From Prevotella sp. (lineage in GTDB: Bacteria > Bacteroidota > Bacteroidia > Bacteroidales > Dysgonomonadaceae): a stretch of 64,000 nucleotides of DNA. The notes beneath the pieces were generated by a model, which had not been told where the DNA came from, ran no database searches, and saw only the letters and a list, made by a program, of their open reading frames with translations. The position numbers were made by a program, and so were the translations under genes. The DNA is taken from contig JAITVV010000007.1 in the NCBI GenBank assembly GCA_031285625.1, positions 1-64,000 of the forward strand, given 5' to 3'. Shown here piece by piece: positions 61,539-64,000 of this stretch; the first letter of the stretch is position 1, and each line of letters begins with the position of its first letter.

Positions 61539-62861
61539 ATGAAAAATAGATTTATAAGATATGCTATCTTCTTCTTTGCAAGCCTGGCCTTGTTTTCATG
61601 CTCTAATAATGAGTACGAAGAAGACTATAATACCAATGTTGATATAGCCGAGGGTATACCGGTTATTACAGCCTTAGCAAGCAAACCATTGCCTGAAAAT
61701 TTGCAATGTACTATGTACATTTTCTGGAAATCGGCAACTGATACAGAAAATGAATATGCCTTAAAAGAAATAAAAATACTGGAAAATACAGCACAGAATA
61801 AGCTTAAATTTATGAATAATGAATTGGAGAACAAAACATATCGTTTTCTATTCGTTGCTACCCCTTCCAGCACTAAAGAAATTGAATTAGTGAAATCGGA
61901 TGAAAATAACCTACAAATTGGGGATAAATGGGAAGATCTGATGATAAGATCATTTGACCCAATAGTATCAGCAGATAACTATCAAGGATTTGTTGATAAA
62001 ACCGGAACAGAAATATTGAACGGAAAGACAATAAATTGTACTCTGAGCAGACTGGTCGGTCAAATAATATTCGATATATATAAAATATTAAAGGAAGGAA
62101 ATACAACTGTCAGCCAGGATGTTTCTTTACCACATTTCACAGTTTTAGACCGTGTGTATAAAATTGAGATAGAGTATAGTGACCTTACAAAAGGTGTTGT
62201 TTACAATAACGATAATGAAATAATACATCAAAGCTTGTGGAACGATTCATATAAACAAACCATAGAACCTAAACTATATGAAAATGAAATTCCATGGTTC
62301 CGGAATTTTAAGGTAAATGCTTCTCAACCTGTTACTAATCTTACATTTTCGGAAGAGAAGAATGGAAGTGCCCACATAAAAGGAATTTATTGTATGCCCT
62401 CTAACGAGAATCTGAAAATAAAAATGACATTCTATTATTATGATACAACTCCACTGTGTGAAAACACAGAACATATACATTCAAAGTACTGCTACACCTA
62501 TCTGGATACATATAACAATACACAGTTTCTACCCTCAATATGTGGTATAGCTGAACATACCCATATGAATAGCTGCTATAAAGACGGCGTATTGATCTGT
62601 ACCAAAGAAGTTCATATACACAGAGTAGGGTGCTACGATATAGATCCGGTATGCGGAATGAATGAATATGTTTACACCAGCGATTGTTTTACAAAGAAAT
62701 TCATTGTACTTAATCTACCGAAGAAGGATGCAACTCCATTAAGTGTTATTCCTAATCACTATACCCTAAATACAGCTAAGATCAGATATGATAGGATTAT
62801 AGATGTTGGCGCTAATTTCTCCTTTGAATTTGATACAGCTTGGAAAAATGATAATAACTAA
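61539..62861 (+). CDS. Fimbrial-type lipoprotein with Cys/His repeat insert
   Basis: Lipobox LFSC; YRFLFVA, LSRLVGQI, VIPNHYT, terminal FDTAW. Confidence 0.68.
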   Translation: MKNRFIRYAIFFFASLALFSCSNNEYEEDYNTNVDIAEGIPVITALASKPLPENLQCTMYIFWKSATDTENEYALKEIKILENTAQNKLKFMNNELENKTYRFLFVATPSSTKEIELVKSDENNLQIGDKWEDLMIRSFDPIVSADNYQGFVDKTGTEILNGKTINCTLSRLVGQIIFDIYKILKEGNTTVSQDVSLPHFTVLDRVYKIEIEYSDLTKGVVYNNDNEIIHQSLWNDSYKQTIEPKLYENEIPWFRNFKVNASQPVTNLTFSEEKNGSAHIKGIYCMPSNENLKIKMTFYYYDTTPLCENTEHIHSKYCYTYLDTYNNTQFLPSICGIAEHTHMNSCYKDGVLICTKEVHIHRVGCYDIDPVCGMNEYVYTSDCFTKKFIVLNLPKKDATPLSVIPNHYTLNTAKIRYDRIIDVGANFSFEFDTAWKNDNN

Positions 62862-62876
62862 TAAAACCGCACTATT

Positions 62877-64000
62877 ATGATACGTAAAATAATTTTGCTA
62901 TTGGGCATAGCCATGTGGATAATATCTTGCCAGCAGGATGATCAGGAACTTGATATGAGTGGCGGTAACACAAATAATGGGGATGGTATTCCAGTAAAAA
63001 TATCATTATCAATAGAGGATGGAATAGACAATCAAACCGGGTATATTCCGATGAAAGTAGGTACTGAGGATGAAGTTAAATTAAAGATATCCAATTTATA
63101 CCGGATCATTATTATGAAGAAAATCGGAAATAAAATAATAATAGACTCTTTAGCTACAGGTATTGCTGATAATTCTTTAAGAGAATGGGATGCCGCCAGT
63201 TTCAAAAAAGGAGATAATCTTAGCGACCTTTCATTAGTTCTCACTCCCGGAGAGTATTATTTATCCATTTTTACCGGATTTAATAAGCTAATGTGGAATT
63301 CCCACATTAAAAAAGGAGGAGTTGTAGCTGATGATTCATCCGATGGAACCCATGACTACGCCTGTACATACGGAATCGGAGCAACAAGCTACTCTAATGT
63401 AGGTGTAAAGTACGTTTCGGAAGAAATATTCAGTGGGACAACACATTTTATAGTAAATAAGACCGAGGATCTACATTCCAATCCTGATCCCGTACTAGAG
63501 AATATAAAAGTGACCTTGAAACGCAATGTTACCAAATACAGGATGGTACTGCATGATTACGATGGAGTTGATCCTAACGATGCTTTTGAAAGCAATTTTT
63601 CTGAACCGATAATTAGAGGTAATATGACGGCCCTTAATGGGACTAAATTCGTAGATGGACTTGATATCTGGGGAGATCCATGGTATGATCAGGATACACC
63701 AACAACTGAAATGGAGTATTGTACTGAAACAAAGAGTTCAATGATTACCTTCGGAAATGAAAGATATTACTTCAGTACACATGGAACGAGAGTACACGCT
63801 CCTTACTTCTTCTCAAAAGAAGGGGATGAAGTAGAAGTACGCTTTTCAAATTTAAGAGTCTATTTTGGTTCCAACTCAAGATATTACAGATACAATGAGA
63901 CCATTGATGCAACACTGATGCATAACAATGTAGATGGCATAATATTCACTCCCGGGAGTGAAACCGACGATAATGTCTGGCCTCCTGTAACCAATATGAA
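62877..64000 (+). CDS. Fimbrial-type lipoprotein, truncated by window end (absent from ORF track)
   Basis: MIRKIILLLGIAMWIISCQQDD lipobox; PGEYYL and LKRNVTKYR motifs; appears open to the edge. Confidence 0.7.
   Translation, partial: MIRKIILLLGIAMWIISCQQDDQELDMSGGNTNNGDGIPVKISLSIEDGIDNQTGYIPMKVGTEDEVKLKISNLYRIIIMKKIGNKIIIDSLATGIADNSLREWDAASFKKGDNLSDLSLVLTPGEYYLSIFTGFNKLMWNSHIKKGGVVADDSSDGTHDYACTYGIGATSYSNVGVKYVSEEIFSGTTHFIVNKTEDLHSNPDPVLENIKVTLKRNVTKYRMVLHDYDGVDPNDAFESNFSEPIIRGNMTALNGTKFVDGLDIWGDPWYDQDTPTTEMEYCTETKSSMITFGNERYYFSTHGTRVHAPYFFSKEGDEVEVRFSNLRVYFGSNSRYYRYNETIDATLMHNNVDGIIFTPGSETDDNVWPPVTNM

Overview
AT-rich Bacteroidales-type chromosome (TAnnTTTG promoters, SusC/SusD, type V pilin-like lipoproteins; Dysgonomonas-like by impression only). 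1-21.6 kb is mostly core genes (greA, HIT, vWA lipoprotein, U32 family, lptF/G family, tgt, CNNM, glyoxalase) plus an ECF-sigma/FecR-SusC-SusD-GH2 locus. tRNA-Arg(TCT) at 21774-21847 anchors what looks like a tandem array of integrated units. Unit 1 (about 8.4 kb, 16-bp direct repeat) has an IntDOT-like integrase, RhuM-like and broken ORF6N genes, an SF1 helicase-nuclease fusion (candidate defence gene), an Frpo-like fold-back and an rteC remnant. Unit 2 (about 11.7 kb, no integrase, same end architecture) carries mgtA-mgtC, a Czc/Cus-type RND pump and a two-component system; its two operons share a 4 x TTCTAA box with 11-bp period. A third att-like end precedes two more RND plus two-component modules. 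The window ends in a FimB/Mfa2-like lipoprotein cluster, one member carrying Cys/His repeats. All calls come from reading motifs by eye; no database search was run.
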